Positions 63,159-64,000 of a DNA stretch of 64,000 nucleotides are shown piece after piece. Position numbers and translations under genes: made by a program. How positions within the stretch are numbered: position 1 is the first letter of the stretch; each line of letters begins with the position of its first letter. Source of the stretch: Sedimentisphaerales bacterium (GTDB lineage Bacteria; Planctomycetota; Phycisphaerae; Sedimentisphaerales; SM23-30); assembly GCA_963663965.2 (NCBI GenBank), contig CAXXFK010000013.1, positions 32,001-96,000 of the forward strand. The letters are read 5' to 3'. The notes beneath the pieces were generated by a model, which was given only the letters and a program-made list of their open reading frames with translations, searched no databases and was not told the DNA's origin.

Positions 63159-64000
63159 TTATTCGGTTCTGTCCACAGTGACTTCCAGGCAAATCGTATT
63201 CTCATCGATCTGGATTTCTGTCTCCACCTCTGCCGGTATCAAAAAAGTATCCCCGGCCTGATATGTTGATGGGGGGGTATGGTCGCCGAGATAGGTCCCC
63301 TTGCCGGTAATAATAATATGGACTTTCATTTTACCGGATGGAATAACCGTCTGTTCACCAGTAGTCCATTGCCTCTTAACCACGTTGAATTCCTTTACAT
63401 TGACCAGAACGCCTTCGTCACGAACTGTCAAATCATCCGGCCCCAGATCGAACCGGACACTATCCAGTCCCTGTTCGATATGCAATTGCCGGGGTAGCCC
63501 GGTGGCGGCGTCAAGCCGGTTCCAGTCATAAAGTCGATAGGTGGTATCGGAGGGTTGCTGGATTTCAGCAATCAGCAATCCCGCTCCAATGGCGTGGCAG
63601 GTCCCCGATGGAATAAAATGGCATTCGCCGGGCCTTACAACCACCTTTTCCAGTAATGTTTCACAATTTCCGGACTCGATGGCCGCTTGCAATTGAGCGC
63701 GATCCACGCCTTTGACTAACCCTTTATAGATCGCGGCGCCCGGTTCGGCGTCGATAATATACCAGCATTCCGTCTTGGGCTGCCCGCACCCCATTCGACG
63801 GCAGGCGGTGGCGTCTGGATGGACCTGGACGCTTAAAACATCCCGTGCGTCAATAAATTTAATTAATAACGGAAAGGCTTCCGATAACTCGGGATACCCC
63901 ATAATTTGTTTGCCATAAACTTCCAGCATTTTATCGATGGACCATCCAGCCAGCGGGCCATTGGCAATAACCGTCTTATCTTCCGGCAGATCGCTCAATT
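63159..64000 (-). CDS. manA: Type I mannose-6-phosphate isomerase (5' end outside the window)
   Basis: FPLLIKFIDARDVLSVQVHPD, KTECWYI, GTCHAIG, EIQQPSDTTYRLYDWNR. Confidence 0.92.
   Translation of the reverse strand, partial: LSDLPEDKTVIANGPLAGWSIDKMLEVYGKQIMGYPELSEAFPLLIKFIDARDVLSVQVHPDATACRRMGCGQPKTECWYIIDAEPGAAIYKGLVKGVDRAQLQAAIESGNCETLLEKVVVRPGECHFIPSGTCHAIGAGLLIAEIQQPSDTTYRLYDWNRLDAATGLPRQLHIEQGLDSVRFDLGPDDLTVRDEGVLVNVKEFNVVKRQWTTGEQTVIPSGKMKVHIIITGKGTYLGDHTPPSTYQAGDTFLIPAEVETEIQIDENTICLEVTVDRTE

Overview
A 64-kb chromosomal window from a bacterium that is most likely a planctomycete of class Phycisphaerae. This is inferred from the LExLExRxLL N-terminal motifs, the RpoB/RpoC/S12 signatures and the dockerin/GLUG proteins. 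From left to right the window contains: (1) a minus-strand type II secretion/pseudopilus cluster gspE-F-G-H-I-J-K that runs off the left edge; (2) a Tat-exported sulfatase, rsmD and a CCA-adding enzyme; (3) a 1845-aa repeat-rich surface protein; (4) an AraC regulator divergent from a fucose unit of two GH29 fucosidases and an L-fucose isomerase; (5) a three-gene module of a YqiJ/NfeD-like protein, a flotillin and an 1808-aa coiled-coil AAA+ ATPase; (6) a 1510-aa Ig-fold surface protein, divergent from a ~1660-codon secreted multidomain gene that is split by two compensating homopolymer frameshifts and carries a catalytically dead M4/M36-type peptidase domain; (7) the core cluster tRNA-Thr, tuf, rpmG, tRNA-Trp, secE, nusG, rplKAJL, rpoBC, rpsL, rpsG, fusA; (8) a DUF6655-like lipoprotein, an AsmA-like protein and a partial phosphomannose isomerase. 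The best candidates for uncharacterised systems are the flotillin/giant-ATPase membrane module and the two giant proteins, which lack a Sec signal but share an N-terminal LExLExRxLL motif and a homologous ~400-aa C-terminal beta-solenoid. No CRISPR array, rRNA or mobile element was seen. All family assignments come from motif recognition; no database searches were run.
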